Position numbers and translations under genes: made by a program
The notes under the pieces: model-generated
Told to the model about the DNA's origin: nothing
Database searches by the model: none
What the model saw: the letters and a program-made list of their open reading frames with translations, nothing else
Shown here: positions 54,820-64,000 of the stretch, piece after piece
Layout: each line of letters begins with the position of its first letter
How positions within the stretch are numbered: the stretch's first letter is position 1
Source of the DNA: an uncultured Candidatus Bathyarchaeia archaeon
GTDB lineage: Archaea; Thermoproteota; CALKCG01; B24
DNA: 64,000 nt
Assembly (NCBI GenBank): GCA_964568845.1
Contig: CAZMSC010000001.1
Location: 32,520-96,519 of the forward strand
Direction: 5' to 3'

Positions 54820-55994
54820 ATTGATCTAGCATACGCATTTTCAAAATCCTCCGTCGAGTAAAACCCTATGAGGTGTAGGTTTCCAACGTGGACTCTCTTA
54901 AGATACCTCTTAGCTACTCTGTAGCATTCTACAACCTGTTCTATAGGAGTAACTGGTAGATCTCTCATCATATAGTTGGGGTGGAAAACTAGGAGAGAAT
55001 ACGGGATTTCAGGGTTTAGATCCGCTAGAAACTTAGCTATTCCCTCTACCTCTTTCGAGTCTACGTAGCCAGGTACGAGAAGCGTAGTAGCGGTTAAAAC
55101 AGGTAAATCTGGGCGATCCATGTAAAAACGGTTATAAAGTGTCTCAAAATTTTCAAAAGCTCTTCTATTTGAAACACCACTTAAAGCAACGCTTAGAGAA
55201 TCGGAGAATGCTTTAATATCAAACTTTATATTCCCACCCGTTTTAAGAGATAGTTCACCTGTTTCATTAACTAGAGTTTTATTACCACAACCATTCCATT
55301 CGAAGCATATCCTCAAAATCCTTCCAGTGGGAAGATTCTCGATGACGCGTTTTGAAGCATTTATAGCAAACGGTAGTTGTGGTTCTGGTGAACCTCCAAA
55401 GAAGCACCAACACGATATGCGTGTGTTCGATAGAGTTGCATAGATAAGCTCTTTAACAGTTACAATTCGTGCTTCTTCAAATCTCTTATGCGAACTGTTC
55501 TGACAGAATAAACAGTTGAAGTTACACCCGTAGAAGAAGATGGCAAGGTTATAATAGTCATATTCCGGACCCCTAGTATACGCGTACTTTGGATAGCCCG
55601 CACCTGTTCCAGCCGGGCAAAACCATGCACTGCAACAGTTTGTCACATGCGGATCGAGGTAGTAATATAACAGCGCTTTATCAGCATCCACGTACGATTT
55701 TAAACGCCCATTTTCAACCCATCTCAAACCGCAGAAGCCGACCTCACCGTTGCTCATAGAGCATTCATTTGAACATATGTTGCATTTAATGCCGTTTTGC
55801 GTCTTACATGGTTGTGATGGCAACTTATACTGTTCCCTAGCCTTTTTATGCGCATCTAAAACGACTTTTAAGCTTTCCCTAGAATTTTCACGTATACAGT
55901 TTACACAAACTCCTAAGTAGTTTGATATTAGTGGCGATTCCGACCCGCATATTTTACACTTCCCTGCGCGTTTGAATTTGAAGATAAGAGACAT
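54816..55994 (-). CDS. Radical SAM protein (PflA-like activase, COG1180 type)
   Basis: N-terminal CxxC zinc ribbon, KCNICSNEC...GFCGLR, and the radical-SAM cluster GCNFNCLFCQN. Confidence 0.8.
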   Translation of the reverse strand: MSLIFKFKRAGKCKICGSESPLISNYLGVCVNCIRENSRESLKVVLDAHKKAREQYKLPSQPCKTQNGIKCNICSNECSMSNGEVGFCGLRWVENGRLKSYVDADKALLYYYLDPHVTNCCSAWFCPAGTGAGYPKYAYTRGPEYDYYNLAIFFYGCNFNCLFCQNSSHKRFEEARIVTVKELIYATLSNTRISCWCFFGGSPEPQLPFAINASKRVIENLPTGRILRICFEWNGCGNKTLVNETGELSLKTGGNIKFDIKAFSDSLSVALSGVSNRRAFENFETLYNRFYMDRPDLPVLTATTLLVPGYVDSKEVEGIAKFLADLNPEIPYSLLVFHPNYMMRDLPVTPIEQVVECYRVAKRYLKRVHVGNLHLIGFYSTEDFENAYARSI

Positions 55995-56123
55995 TTGAAA
56001 AAGTTACGGAGAAACGTAAACTTAAACGTATTTCTAAAATGTCGATGGTGGATTATGGAGGCGTTAACTAGAAAATAGTAAAACTGTTAAAATCGATATT
56101 GTATCAAATATTCTATCGTATAG

Positions 56124-57641
56124 ATGGATTCTGGGGCGTTGAAAAATATAGTGCGGATGATTGCAACACATGGTTTACAAATAGAGCCAAAGGCTTTGGA
56201 AAAGCTCAGCGAATTTGACCAAGATACATTATATACAGCTGTAGATAAGATTCTGGACAAGGTCATGGAGAGGGGGGGTTACATCATAACTCTTAACGAC
56301 GTTGAAGAACATTTTGAGAAAAGGAGGGAGAAAGTAGAAGTCTCCGTAGCCGTTAAGCAGGTTTTGGCTAGAGAGTTGGAGCCTAAGCTTGAGGTTTTAT
56401 TCGACCCCACGGATAAAATCCACGGTGGAGACAGTGTAGAGAACTTCTACAAGTATTTTAAAAGTAGATTTAAGAAACTCGAGAAAATACTACGCAGGAG
56501 GATGGACGTTAGAGGCAGTACAACCATATCCGACGTATTGAAAGCCAGTCTGAAAAGCCACGTAAAGTTTATAGGAATGGTGACTGAAAAAGTCAAACGG
56601 AAAGGTTTCAAAATTCAACTTGAAGACCTCGAATCTTCAATAACCGTTATAATCCCTGAAAATTCAGATAGAAAATTGATTGAAAAGGCGCTTATTGTTT
56701 TACAGGATCAAGTCATATGCATATCGGGTATTAAAGTGGCAGAAGACGTCGTTTTAGCAGACGACGTCATATTTCCAGATGTACCGGATCATAAAGCTAA
56801 GAGAAGCGATGAAGAAGTCTATGCCGTTCTAACGTCAGATATGCACGTTGGAAGTAAACTCTTCATGGAAAAATGCTTTGAAAAATTTCTAAGATGGTTA
56901 AATGGCTTAGAAGGGTCTGAACCGTTTAGAGAGTTAGCTGGTAAAGTCAAGTATCTTTTGGTATGTGGAGATTTAGTTGACGGTGTGGGAGTCTATCCGG
57001 GGCAAGATAGAGAACTTGCCGTAGATTCCTTAACGCAGCAGTACAAAATCGTCGCAGACTATTTCGCTAAAATCCCAGAGTATATAGAGACTGTTGTCAT
57101 ACCTGGAAACCACGATGCTTCTAGACAGGCACTTCCTCAACCCGCGATCTTCAGGAAGTATTCAGAGCAACTTTATAGTTTAAACAATGTTAGGGTTCTT
57201 GGAAATCCATGCCGTATATCGATACATGGTGTAGACGTACTTATGTATCATGGTAGAAGTCTAGATGACGTAATAGCCTGTGTACCCGGGTTGACTTTCC
57301 GAGAGCCGGAGAAAGCCATGGAGATTCTGCTTAAAGCTAGACATTTAGCGCCTATTTATGGATTGAGAACGGCGATAGCGCCTGAAGCGGAAGACTATCT
57401 AGTAGTCGAGATGGAGCCAACTGTTTTCCACTCGGGACATATTCATGTAGCCAAACATAGATTTTACAGGAATAGTTTAATCGTGAACTCCGGTGCCTGG
57501 CAGGATCAAACGGAGTATCAGAAGAGAAATGGTTTGAAGCCACTACCCGGTGTCATTCCAATAGTAAATTTGAAAACCCTCCAAACAATCTACATCGATT
57601 TTAGAGGAAGTGGTCTTGAAGCAAGGGCGGAAGCCCTCTAG
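56124..57641 (+). CDS. DNA polymerase D (Pol II) small subunit DP1 (3'-5' exonuclease)
   Basis: OB-fold region plus calcineurin-like phosphoesterase motifs LTSDMHVGS, VCGDLVDG, IPGNHD and FHSGHIH. Confidence 0.85.
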   Translation: MDSGALKNIVRMIATHGLQIEPKALEKLSEFDQDTLYTAVDKILDKVMERGGYIITLNDVEEHFEKRREKVEVSVAVKQVLARELEPKLEVLFDPTDKIHGGDSVENFYKYFKSRFKKLEKILRRRMDVRGSTTISDVLKASLKSHVKFIGMVTEKVKRKGFKIQLEDLESSITVIIPENSDRKLIEKALIVLQDQVICISGIKVAEDVVLADDVIFPDVPDHKAKRSDEEVYAVLTSDMHVGSKLFMEKCFEKFLRWLNGLEGSEPFRELAGKVKYLLVCGDLVDGVGVYPGQDRELAVDSLTQQYKIVADYFAKIPEYIETVVIPGNHDASRQALPQPAIFRKYSEQLYSLNNVRVLGNPCRISIHGVDVLMYHGRSLDDVIACVPGLTFREPEKAMEILLKARHLAPIYGLRTAIAPEAEDYLVVEMEPTVFHSGHIHVAKHRFYRNSLIVNSGAWQDQTEYQKRNGLKPLPGVIPIVNLKTLQTIYIDFRGSGLEARAEAL

Positions 57642-58164
57642 CTATAAGCTTCGCAACCCTTAAAGGCTCGGGTAGTTTTCCCAAACACGTAATCTCCCTT
57701 AACAATTGAGAGGCTTCGTTTAAAGTTAAACCTTGGACAGCTACGATAAGCTTTATAGAATCCAGAGAAAGCTCTACTGGAGCACTTTTATTAATTATCT
57801 GTAGCCGTTCCTGCCAGTCTGAAAATCTTGTTCTTAAAGCCCTCTCGACACGTTGAATATCCGGCTTACGGTCGAGTATGCACACGACTGGACATGAGGT
57901 TTCTTCATATATTCTATGGGCATCTATCAGATTGAAACCCGCATACGGCACTCCATGGAGAAGAATCAAGTCTAATATACCTGCTTTCGATACAAACGTT
58001 AGAGCCTTATCAGTAGCGTCTAGACCGTCGACTTTAACCGTATCTATGAAAACATCTTCCAGTAAAAAGCCATCCATAACAACGCCTATGAGAATGGCGT
58101 TATCTAACAGACGCTTTCCAATGGTGAAACATCCATCCTCTATCGCTAAAACCCTTCTATACAA
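57601..58164 (-). CDS. DUF99 (UPF0215, endonuclease V-like fold) protein
   Basis: AIEDGCF...IGVVMDG...VDGLDATD...LLHGVPYAGFNLID...PVVCI pattern. The 3' end overlaps the DP1 3' end convergently by 41 nt. Confidence 0.65.
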   Translation of the reverse strand: MYRRVLAIEDGCFTIGKRLLDNAILIGVVMDGFLLEDVFIDTVKVDGLDATDKALTFVSKAGILDLILLHGVPYAGFNLIDAHRIYEETSCPVVCILDRKPDIQRVERALRTRFSDWQERLQIINKSAPVELSLDSIKLIVAVQGLTLNEASQLLREITCLGKLPEPLRVAKLIARGLPPLLQDHFL

Positions 58165-58226
58165 TTTTCATTGAAAACTCTTACTGATCTAATAGATATT
58201 TTTTTACCATTCTTTAAAGTTGACCG

Positions 58227-59456
58227 TTACATTAACGATTTAGGAGAATATTCTAAGATAAAGGTCAACCTTGGATCTCCGGTCAAGAAGGCCTTCACTG
58301 TTTTCAAAGGTATGTTAAGCTTTATTTGCTTAGAACGGCCATGCCGCCCAAGGCTTACAACTTTAGCATTTACTATCCCTAACGCATCAAGCTCAGCTAG
58401 CAACCCACTTGCCCTTCTCTGCGTTAAAGGTTCTAAACCTATTTCAGAACAAAGTTCCGTGTAAATCTCATATATGGTACCCGTCATCATGCGATTCCCT
58501 AATTCGCGCTTTTTCAAAAGGAAAATGCTCGATAGGAGAAGTTTGGAGTGGAGTGGAAGCGTTTTTAAGACTTCGAGAACTCTATCCTCTTCTATCTTGC
58601 CTTGAGCCGTTCTAACGTGATCCTCAAGAACACTATTCGCGCCATCTCTTTCAGCTATCTCAGCTGAGACCCTTAAAAGATCCAAAGCCCTTCTAGCATC
58701 TCCATGTTCAGATGCAGCTAGAGCCGCGCAAAGCCTTAAAGCGGCTTCGGTATAGGTTTTTGGTTTAAATGCAAGTTTAGCTCTATCTTCTAGTATATCG
58801 TAAAGTTCATCAGCAGTATAGGGTCTGAAGACAAGCTCTTCTTCACTTAAACAACTTAAAACTCTGGGGTCTAAGTAGTCTTTAAACTGAAGATCGTTGG
58901 ATATACCTATTACCACAAGCTTGCCATACTCTGATTCTTCGTTTATCCTAGTAAGTTTGTAGAGTAATTCATCCCCATAGTTTTTGACTAGAATATCAAC
59001 TTCATCGAGGACTATTATGAGAATGGCCCCCAGCATCTTCAACCCATTCTTAAACCGTTTAAAGACTTCACTTGTTGAAAGACCAGTGAAGGGAACGCTA
59101 ACTCCAATGCTCTCACATAAATGTGTCAAAATTCTGTAATCTGAACCATCAGTCCTACAGTTTATATAGCAAATTTTTAACGGGTTATCAACTTCAACAC
59201 TCTTCATTGAAAGATGTTTAAGGACATATCTGGCTACAGCAGTTTTACCAGTGCCAGGTTTTCCATAAATAAATATGTTTGAGCATCTATTTCCCTTAAG
59301 CGTCGGTGCAAGGATCATCCCAAGCCTCGTTATTTGATCTTCCCTATGGGGGAGAAAATCGGGGACATAGTCATGTCTAAGGCACTCCCTATTCTTAAAG
59401 ATTGAAGACCCCTCAATATACCTATCGAAGATATTAGAGAGAGGGGATTTCTCCAG
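58227..59456 (-). CDS. cdc6: Orc1/Cdc6 replication initiator; start codon non-canonical or uncertain
   Basis: Walker A GKPGTGKT, Walker B IIVLDEVD, sensor and C-terminal wHTH. The conserved N-terminal block IFKNRECLRHDYVPDFLPHREDQITRL lies upstream of the track's ATG (59318), in frame back to a TAA. There is no ATG/GTG/TTG in that stretch, only a CTG at 59456-59454 preceded by AGGTGG. Confidence 0.8.
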   Translation of the reverse strand: MEKSPLSNIFDRYIEGSSIFKNRECLRHDYVPDFLPHREDQITRLGMILAPTLKGNRCSNIFIYGKPGTGKTAVARYVLKHLSMKSVEVDNPLKICYINCRTDGSDYRILTHLCESIGVSVPFTGLSTSEVFKRFKNGLKMLGAILIIVLDEVDILVKNYGDELLYKLTRINEESEYGKLVVIGISNDLQFKDYLDPRVLSCLSEEELVFRPYTADELYDILEDRAKLAFKPKTYTEAALRLCAALAASEHGDARRALDLLRVSAEIAERDGANSVLEDHVRTAQGKIEEDRVLEVLKTLPLHSKLLLSSIFLLKKRELGNRMMTGTIYEIYTELCSEIGLEPLTQRRASGLLAELDALGIVNAKVVSLGRHGRSKQIKLNIPLKTVKAFLTGDPRLTFILEYSPKSLM

Positions 59457-59544
59457 ACTTCCACCTAAGTTTTTAATGAATGAAACTTATGATAAAAACT
59501 TATTAGTAGAAGAAAATGTACCTTCAAGTTTCTTTAATTAAACA

Positions 59545-59573
59545 CTCCCTCACCCTAAGATTTCTCCTCCAGC
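59545..59573 (-). repeat. ORB-like element with G-string (minus orientation)
   Basis: Reverse complement GCTGGAGGAGAAATCTTAGGGTGAGGGAG shares GAAATCT-AGGG with the ORB at 59728. Confidence 0.4.
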
Positions 59574-59727
59574 TTCCTTCACCACATGAGAAAAGTTGTG
59601 AATATTATGTAAACTTATCTGTTAAAATAATTAAACTAGAAGATTTATATAAACAAGTCCCCCATTTAGATGGGGGAGAATTTCTTCAGAATTTCATTAT
59701 CTACAGAAGAATTTCTAACGTCACTCA

Positions 59728-59750
59728 TTTTCCAGTTGAAATCTAGGGGT
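59728..59750 (+). repeat. Origin recognition box (ORB) with G-string
   Basis: TTTTCCAGTTGAAATCTAGGGGT fits the archaeal ORB pattern TCCA-N3-GAAA-N-GGGG. Confidence 0.65.
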
Positions 59751-59883
59751 CTGGAAGCTACCTTACAAATAGTCTAACACATTTCACAATTTCTTTCTCA
59801 AGTTAACTCCAAGAGAAAATGAACCTTTTCTTGTTAAAAATTATCTAATTTCTCTCTTTAAACGTTCACTTTTACTGTGAATA

Positions 59884-59908
59884 GGGAACCCCCCAATTTC
59901 TACTGGAG
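59884..59908 (-). repeat. Origin recognition box (ORB) with G-string, inverted relative to 59728
   Basis: Reverse complement CTCCAGTAGAAATTGGGGGGTTCCC; 15 of 20 core positions are identical to the ORB at 59728. Confidence 0.65.
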
Positions 59909-60083
59909 TTTTTGAAGAAAAATTCTAAAAGTTTCTTTTATTAAAGTCCTTCTTCTGTGAACCTGTAAATGAATAAAATTTGAAAATTTTGCTCTTTTTC
60001 TAAAAATAATGGTTATTTTTAGCTTTTCTTTTCACAGATTCTCCAGTAACTTTTTTACTTTCATTCTGCGAATCTATTAACAG

Positions 60084-60494
60084 ATGCCTAAGTCTAAGCT
60101 AAAGTTTGAGGCTGAAGATGAGTCTGGTGGAAAATTGACAATAACTCTGGAAGGAGCCATATCTAGGAGTAAGATTCTTCAGATACTGGATCTCGTAGAG
60201 CTTATGGGCGGGCTCTCCAATAATAAACAATATAGCAATGAATCCGAATCTTCTACTAAACTCGAAAGGATTAAGAAAATAATAATGGATAAACTTGCAG
60301 TAGGCTGGTTTTCATCTAGAGATGTCCAAGCTGAATATGAATCCCTATACAATGAACAGATAAGACTAAGCACAGTTTCCACTTACCTTCAGAGGCTCCA
60401 CAGTAGCGGCTTTCTCTTAAGATCTGGCTCTAGGGCCATGTGGACTTATAAGCTTAATAGGATGAATTTATCCCGTATTTCAGATTCCACCTAG
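60084..60494 (+). CDS. Hypothetical winged-helix (wHTH) protein
   Basis: C-terminal FSSRDVQAEYESLYNEQIRLSTVSTYLQRLHSSGFLLRSG is wHTH-like. Confidence 0.4.
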   Translation: MPKSKLKFEAEDESGGKLTITLEGAISRSKILQILDLVELMGGLSNNKQYSNESESSTKLERIKKIIMDKLAVGWFSSRDVQAEYESLYNEQIRLSTVSTYLQRLHSSGFLLRSGSRAMWTYKLNRMNLSRISDST

Positions 60495-61111
60495 ACTAAA
60501 TTCTGTTCCAAGGCTTTCCCTACTTCCATGCTGAGAAGGCTCGTTATCAAATCGATCTTAGTTATTATACCAAGAATCTTACCGTTTTCAACAACTAAAA
60601 CGGCTGGGGCTCCCCTTAAAAATATTTGAAGAACCTCATGGATAGACGTGTTGGGAGCTATTTCTGGGAAAGGCCCCTCCATAATATCTCGAACGGTCAT
60701 CTTGAAAAACTTCTTAAAGTCTTTCTCCCTAACCATGCGATGGATGATAGTTGACTCTTGAATTGCCCCAATGGATGTGTTATAGTCGTCTACAACTGGA
60801 AGCTGGGAGATGTCGTACTTCTTCATGAGTTTAACAACTACTTCAACAGGCTGTTTAGCGTTAACACAGATCACTGGTCTATGCATTATGTGACTTGCTA
60901 CCTGTCCTTCTTTAATTGTCGATCCCTCTATAACACGTATTATCCTTCTGATTGTCGATAGACGTGGATCTACATCGCTTCTTTCAATCCTAGAAATCAG
61001 CGACTGACTTAACCCTGCTCTCTTAGCAAGCTCCTTCTGAGTTAGTCCAACGGCTTTCCTAAGCCGTCTAATAGTTTCTCCAGAGGGAATACTATGAGAC
61101 ATGGAAATCAC
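60491..61111 (-). CDS. XRE-type HTH plus CBS-pair transcriptional regulator
   Basis: IRRLRKAVGLTQKELAKRAGLSQSLISRIE followed by two CBS motifs. Confidence 0.8.
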   Translation of the reverse strand: MISMSHSIPSGETIRRLRKAVGLTQKELAKRAGLSQSLISRIERSDVDPRLSTIRRIIRVIEGSTIKEGQVASHIMHRPVICVNAKQPVEVVVKLMKKYDISQLPVVDDYNTSIGAIQESTIIHRMVREKDFKKFFKMTVRDIMEGPFPEIAPNTSIHEVLQIFLRGAPAVLVVENGKILGIITKIDLITSLLSMEVGKALEQNLV

Positions 61112-61252
61112 AAATAGAGTGTCAATATTATGTCTATTGGAAGAGTAAAATAAAACTTATCTTTATAGAAAATTCAAACAACTATCTTAGTTAGAGATAA
61201 AAAACGATGAAAAAATAGTGAGTGGCTGGAAACCTGCAAAGAAAATGGGATA

Positions 61253-62218
61253 CTACCACCATGGTTTAACTTCAGGAGGTTCAACTGCTAGTAGAGGTTT
61301 AAGATATGTTATTGCTTGCTTCACTCCAGAGTCTCTACTCATGCATGGATCTTCATGTTCAACTGAGAGAACATAGTTGTAGCCGATTTCAAGAAGAGCA
61401 GTTATTATACGTCGCCACGGCATCTCCCCCCATCCAACAGTTCTAAATCTGAATCCTCTTGCAACCTTATTCCATGGTCCTACTGACAAGACTCCAGATG
61501 CTGAAGCACTATGGGCGACTCTCTCAGAGTCTTTCGCATGGCAGTGGAATATTCTATCTTTTAACTCGTAGATGAATTGAACAGGGTCCATTCCCTGCCA
61601 CATCAGATGGCTTGGATCGTAGTTGAACCCAGCTGATGGGTGATTTTCTGAAACTTCTAGGAGTTTTTTAGCTGTCTCCAAGTTGTAATTCATTTCCTGC
61701 GGATGGGTTTCATAAGCTATTTTAACGCCTTGATCTTTAGCTTGATCTAATATTGGAAGCCACCTATCCTTAAATAGGCTCCAATAGTTCTCCCAAATCT
61801 TTTCATTTGCAGGTGGAAACACGTACCACTTCGCCCAGTCTGGGCATCCAGTGAACGCGTTAACAACAGGTACATCTAGAGCCGCCGCAGCCTCTATCGT
61901 CGTTCTCAGTCTAGCCACTCCATATTTGACTTTTTCATCAGGAGATCCTTTAAACCAGTCATCTGTACTTTCATCTAAAGGTCCCAGTATAAGTTGCCCT
62001 TCAAGGTGATTACTTAAAGCAGAGATCGTTAATCCGTGTTTCTCAACCTTTCTCTTATATTCAGACGCCCCACCTTTCAATATTTTCTCAATGTCTATGT
62101 GGGCGCTTCCCTTCCAAGTAGCTATTTCAACTGCTTCATAACCTAGTTCTGAAACAAACTTCAAGACGTCATCTAGCGGCTTATCGTTGTATAGCACGGT
62201 GAAAATTCCAATTTTCAT
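61253..62218 (-). CDS. Sugar phosphate isomerase/epimerase (xylose isomerase-like TIM barrel)
   Basis: GYEAVEI, IAYETHP and HCHAKD metal-site pattern. Confidence 0.75.
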   Translation of the reverse strand: MKIGIFTVLYNDKPLDDVLKFVSELGYEAVEIATWKGSAHIDIEKILKGGASEYKRKVEKHGLTISALSNHLEGQLILGPLDESTDDWFKGSPDEKVKYGVARLRTTIEAAAALDVPVVNAFTGCPDWAKWYVFPPANEKIWENYWSLFKDRWLPILDQAKDQGVKIAYETHPQEMNYNLETAKKLLEVSENHPSAGFNYDPSHLMWQGMDPVQFIYELKDRIFHCHAKDSERVAHSASASGVLSVGPWNKVARGFRFRTVGWGEMPWRRIITALLEIGYNYVLSVEHEDPCMSRDSGVKQAITYLKPLLAVEPPEVKPWW

Positions 62219-62406
62219 AGTTTTCCCCGTTAATCTTTTATTTCAGTATGAAATTTTAAATTTATCCTTTTAACAGAGAAACTCAGCGGAAGGTCCATGT
62301 TTAAAAACATGGATCAAATGATACCTACTCTGCAACTCCAGTCGTAGAGGGTGTCAACTGCTAAAATTTAAATTAATTTAAGCTATAGTTTCTAATGGTG
62401 TGATGT

Positions 62407-63606
62407 ATGAGTGAAGAAGTGGGATTTGTCACAATGGCTAAGGTTGAACGGAAAGTTGAAGAAATTAAAAGCATAGGAATTGGTATACTCGGTTATGCTT
62501 TTATGGGTAAGGCACACGCACACGCATGGAAATCCATACCGACGTACTTCTGGCCTCCACCAGCACTCCCTAGGCTCGTAGCAGTATGCGGCAGAGCTAA
62601 AGAAGCTGTTTCTGAAGCTGCTAGAAGATTTGGGTTCGAACAGTACTATACGGATTGGAACTTACTCATTAAAAACCCGGATATTGAAATTTTCGACAAC
62701 TGCGGACCCAATAACATGCATGCTGAACCATGTATAGCTGCTGCTGAAGCTGGTAAACATGTAATATCTGAAAAACCGCTTGGCAGAAATGCTGAGGAGT
62801 CCAGGAGAATGCTTGAAGCTGTTAGAAAAGCTGGTGTTAAGCATATGTGTGCCTACAATTATCGATTCGTACCGGCTGTCAGGCTTGCTAAGAAACTTAT
62901 AGAGGATGGTTTACTGGGTAGGATTTACCACTTCAGAGCACGTTATCTTCAAGAGTGGATCATGGATCCAAACTTCCCGTTGGTGTGGCGGTTGAGAAAA
63001 GATATAGCAGGTTCCGGTCCCTTAGGAGATCTAGGCTCACATATAATAGATTTGGCTAGATTTCTGGTGGGTGATATCAAAGCCGTAGCTGCCGTTACGC
63101 GAACATTTATAAAAGAAAGGCCTCTACCTGAGGATCCAAGTAAAAAGGGGCTTGTAACGGTTGAAGACGCTTTCGCATCTGTAGTTGAATTCAATAATGG
63201 CGCTATTGGAACACTTGAAGCCACTAGATTTGCAGGCGGCCGTAAAAATTATAACAGTTTTGAGATAAACGGCGAAAAAGCCTCCGTAGAATTTAACCTC
63301 GAACGTTTGAATGAGTTAAGGGTATACTGGAGAGAAGAACCAGTTAAAGATATAATGGGTTGGCATGAAGTTCTTGTAACGGAGAGCTATCATCCATTCT
63401 ACAGGTACTACTGGCCCCATGGACATATAGGTGGATGGGAGGATACGTTCAAGAATGAACTATACCATTTTCTAGACTGTGTAATTAATGATAAGCCAGT
63501 AGGCCCATATGCCGCTACGTTTGAAGATGGTTGGAAAGTAGACGTAATATGTGACGCTATACTTGAATCTGCTGAAACAGGTAAACGTATCCCCATCTAC
63601 TATTAA
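62407..63606 (+). CDS. Gfo/Idh/MocA family NAD(P)-dependent oxidoreductase
   Basis: IGIGILGYAFMGKAHAHAW Rossmann N-terminus, EKPL motif, and a C-terminal alpha/beta domain. Confidence 0.85.
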   Translation: MSEEVGFVTMAKVERKVEEIKSIGIGILGYAFMGKAHAHAWKSIPTYFWPPPALPRLVAVCGRAKEAVSEAARRFGFEQYYTDWNLLIKNPDIEIFDNCGPNNMHAEPCIAAAEAGKHVISEKPLGRNAEESRRMLEAVRKAGVKHMCAYNYRFVPAVRLAKKLIEDGLLGRIYHFRARYLQEWIMDPNFPLVWRLRKDIAGSGPLGDLGSHIIDLARFLVGDIKAVAAVTRTFIKERPLPEDPSKKGLVTVEDAFASVVEFNNGAIGTLEATRFAGGRKNYNSFEINGEKASVEFNLERLNELRVYWREEPVKDIMGWHEVLVTESYHPFYRYYWPHGHIGGWEDTFKNELYHFLDCVINDKPVGPYAATFEDGWKVDVICDAILESAETGKRIPIYY

Positions 63607-63665
63607 ATTCTTTGACTATACAAGGTAGTTTAAGATTTTAAGTCAGTTCCTCTATTATTTTTTCT

Positions 63666-64000
63666 GTGGAAATCAGAAAAGTCCAATTCAGCTCAGGCTC
63701 TCTTTTCATATCACTTCCCAAACCTTGGGCTTCACGTCACGGTTTAGAGAAAGGCTCTCCCCTTTTCTTAGAGGAGAGGGAAGATGGGGCTTTGGTTCTC
63801 TACCCTGTTGAGAGGATTAAAAACGCGTCTAAAAGTGTTCTCATCGAATTTTCTCCAGACGTTGAGAAGAAGATCACAAGCCGTTACTGGCTTGGATACG
63901 ATTCGATTATCATAAAATCTCCAAGCGGTAGGATAGCCCTAGCAGATAGAGAGAGGATTAAAAGCTTAGTGAGAAGACTTATAGGTTTAGAGATAGTTGA
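63666..64000 (+). CDS. AbrB/SpoVT-domain regulator (archaeal PhoU-like family), 3'-partial at window edge
   Basis: GTG-initiated VEIRKVQFSSGSLFISLPKPWASRHGLEKGSPLFLEEREDGALVLYP is an AbrB swapped-hairpin motif. The frame is open to the window end and absent from the track because it has no stop. Confidence 0.5.
   Translation, partial: MEIRKVQFSSGSLFISLPKPWASRHGLEKGSPLFLEEREDGALVLYPVERIKNASKSVLIEFSPDVEKKITSRYWLGYDSIIIKSPSGRIALADRERIKSLVRRLIGLEIV

Larger units (their letters stand above)
59457..60083. other. Probable chromosomal replication origin (oriC) adjacent to orc1/cdc6
   Basis: 627-bp AT-rich non-coding region with ORB-like elements in inverted orientation around an AT-rich core. Confidence 0.7.

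Noticed and set aside
59440-59463. GGGGATTTCTCCAGA as an additional ORB
   Set aside because: It lies inside the orc1/cdc6 coding N-terminus, and when oriented like the other ORBs it has a C-string instead of a G-string, so it is likely coincidental.
223-63596. Numerous 60-135-aa ORFs in the track lying antisense to, or out of frame within, longer conserved genes (e.g. 223..513, 939..1256, 2452..2790, 9768..10136, 18976..19383, 19999..20367, 23576..24094, 36003..36356, 37659..38036, 46311..46634, 50757..51098, 62949..63224)
   Set aside because: They are shadow ORFs inside well-supported genes, with low-complexity or Ser/Leu/Pro-rich translations, no start context and no recognisable motifs.
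1-64000. CRISPR arrays and cas genes
   Set aside because: No run of regularly spaced identical 24-40-nt repeats was seen on either strand. The only short-period repeats are the CCATAG cluster (irregular, about 12-14 bp) and origin motifs.

Overview
Archaeal chromosomal window, moderately AT-rich by eye (composition not computed), densely coded on both strands. Lineage markers point to a TACK/Thermoproteota-type archaeon that uses PolD. Both PolD subunits are present (DP2 at 1.7 kb, DP1 at 56 kb). Other markers are Orc1/Cdc6 beside an ORB-bearing origin, ESCRT-III/CdvB, Elf1, an LSm protein, a ribophorin-I-like glycoprotein and a Sulfolobus-like EF-2 N-terminus (MPRYKT...). Metabolic content includes GGGP synthase, HMG-CoA reductase, UppS, AOR plus ferredoxin, LarB/LarC, CofE plus a RimK-type ligase, and a URO-D/MtaA-like enzyme. 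It also includes a methanogen-type SerRS and a formylmethanofuran dehydrogenase operon in the order fwdD-B-A-C. RNA genes are a stand-alone 5S rRNA and two intron-containing tRNAs, Lys-UUU and Arg-GCG. The strongest observation is in the essential aEF-2 gene. Its coding sequence is interrupted 64 nt after the start by a 31-nt insert that folds into a canonical bulge-helix-bulge motif. Applying the cleavage rule that works for both tRNA introns in this window removes exactly 31 nt and restores ...ELIRN|IGIIAHVDHGKTT... This is a candidate mRNA intron in a translation GTPase. Roughly 22.4-31.3 kb looks like a decaying accessory island. It holds two tyrosine-recombinase C-terminal remnants, an amber-interrupted ORF, a frameshifted GNAT, a start-less HicB-like gene and a bacterial-looking SDR plus GH20-like pair. 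It also carries repeated promoter/att-like motifs and a cluster of CCATAG iteron-like repeats. No CRISPR array was seen. All functional calls rest on motif recognition by eye; no database search was run.
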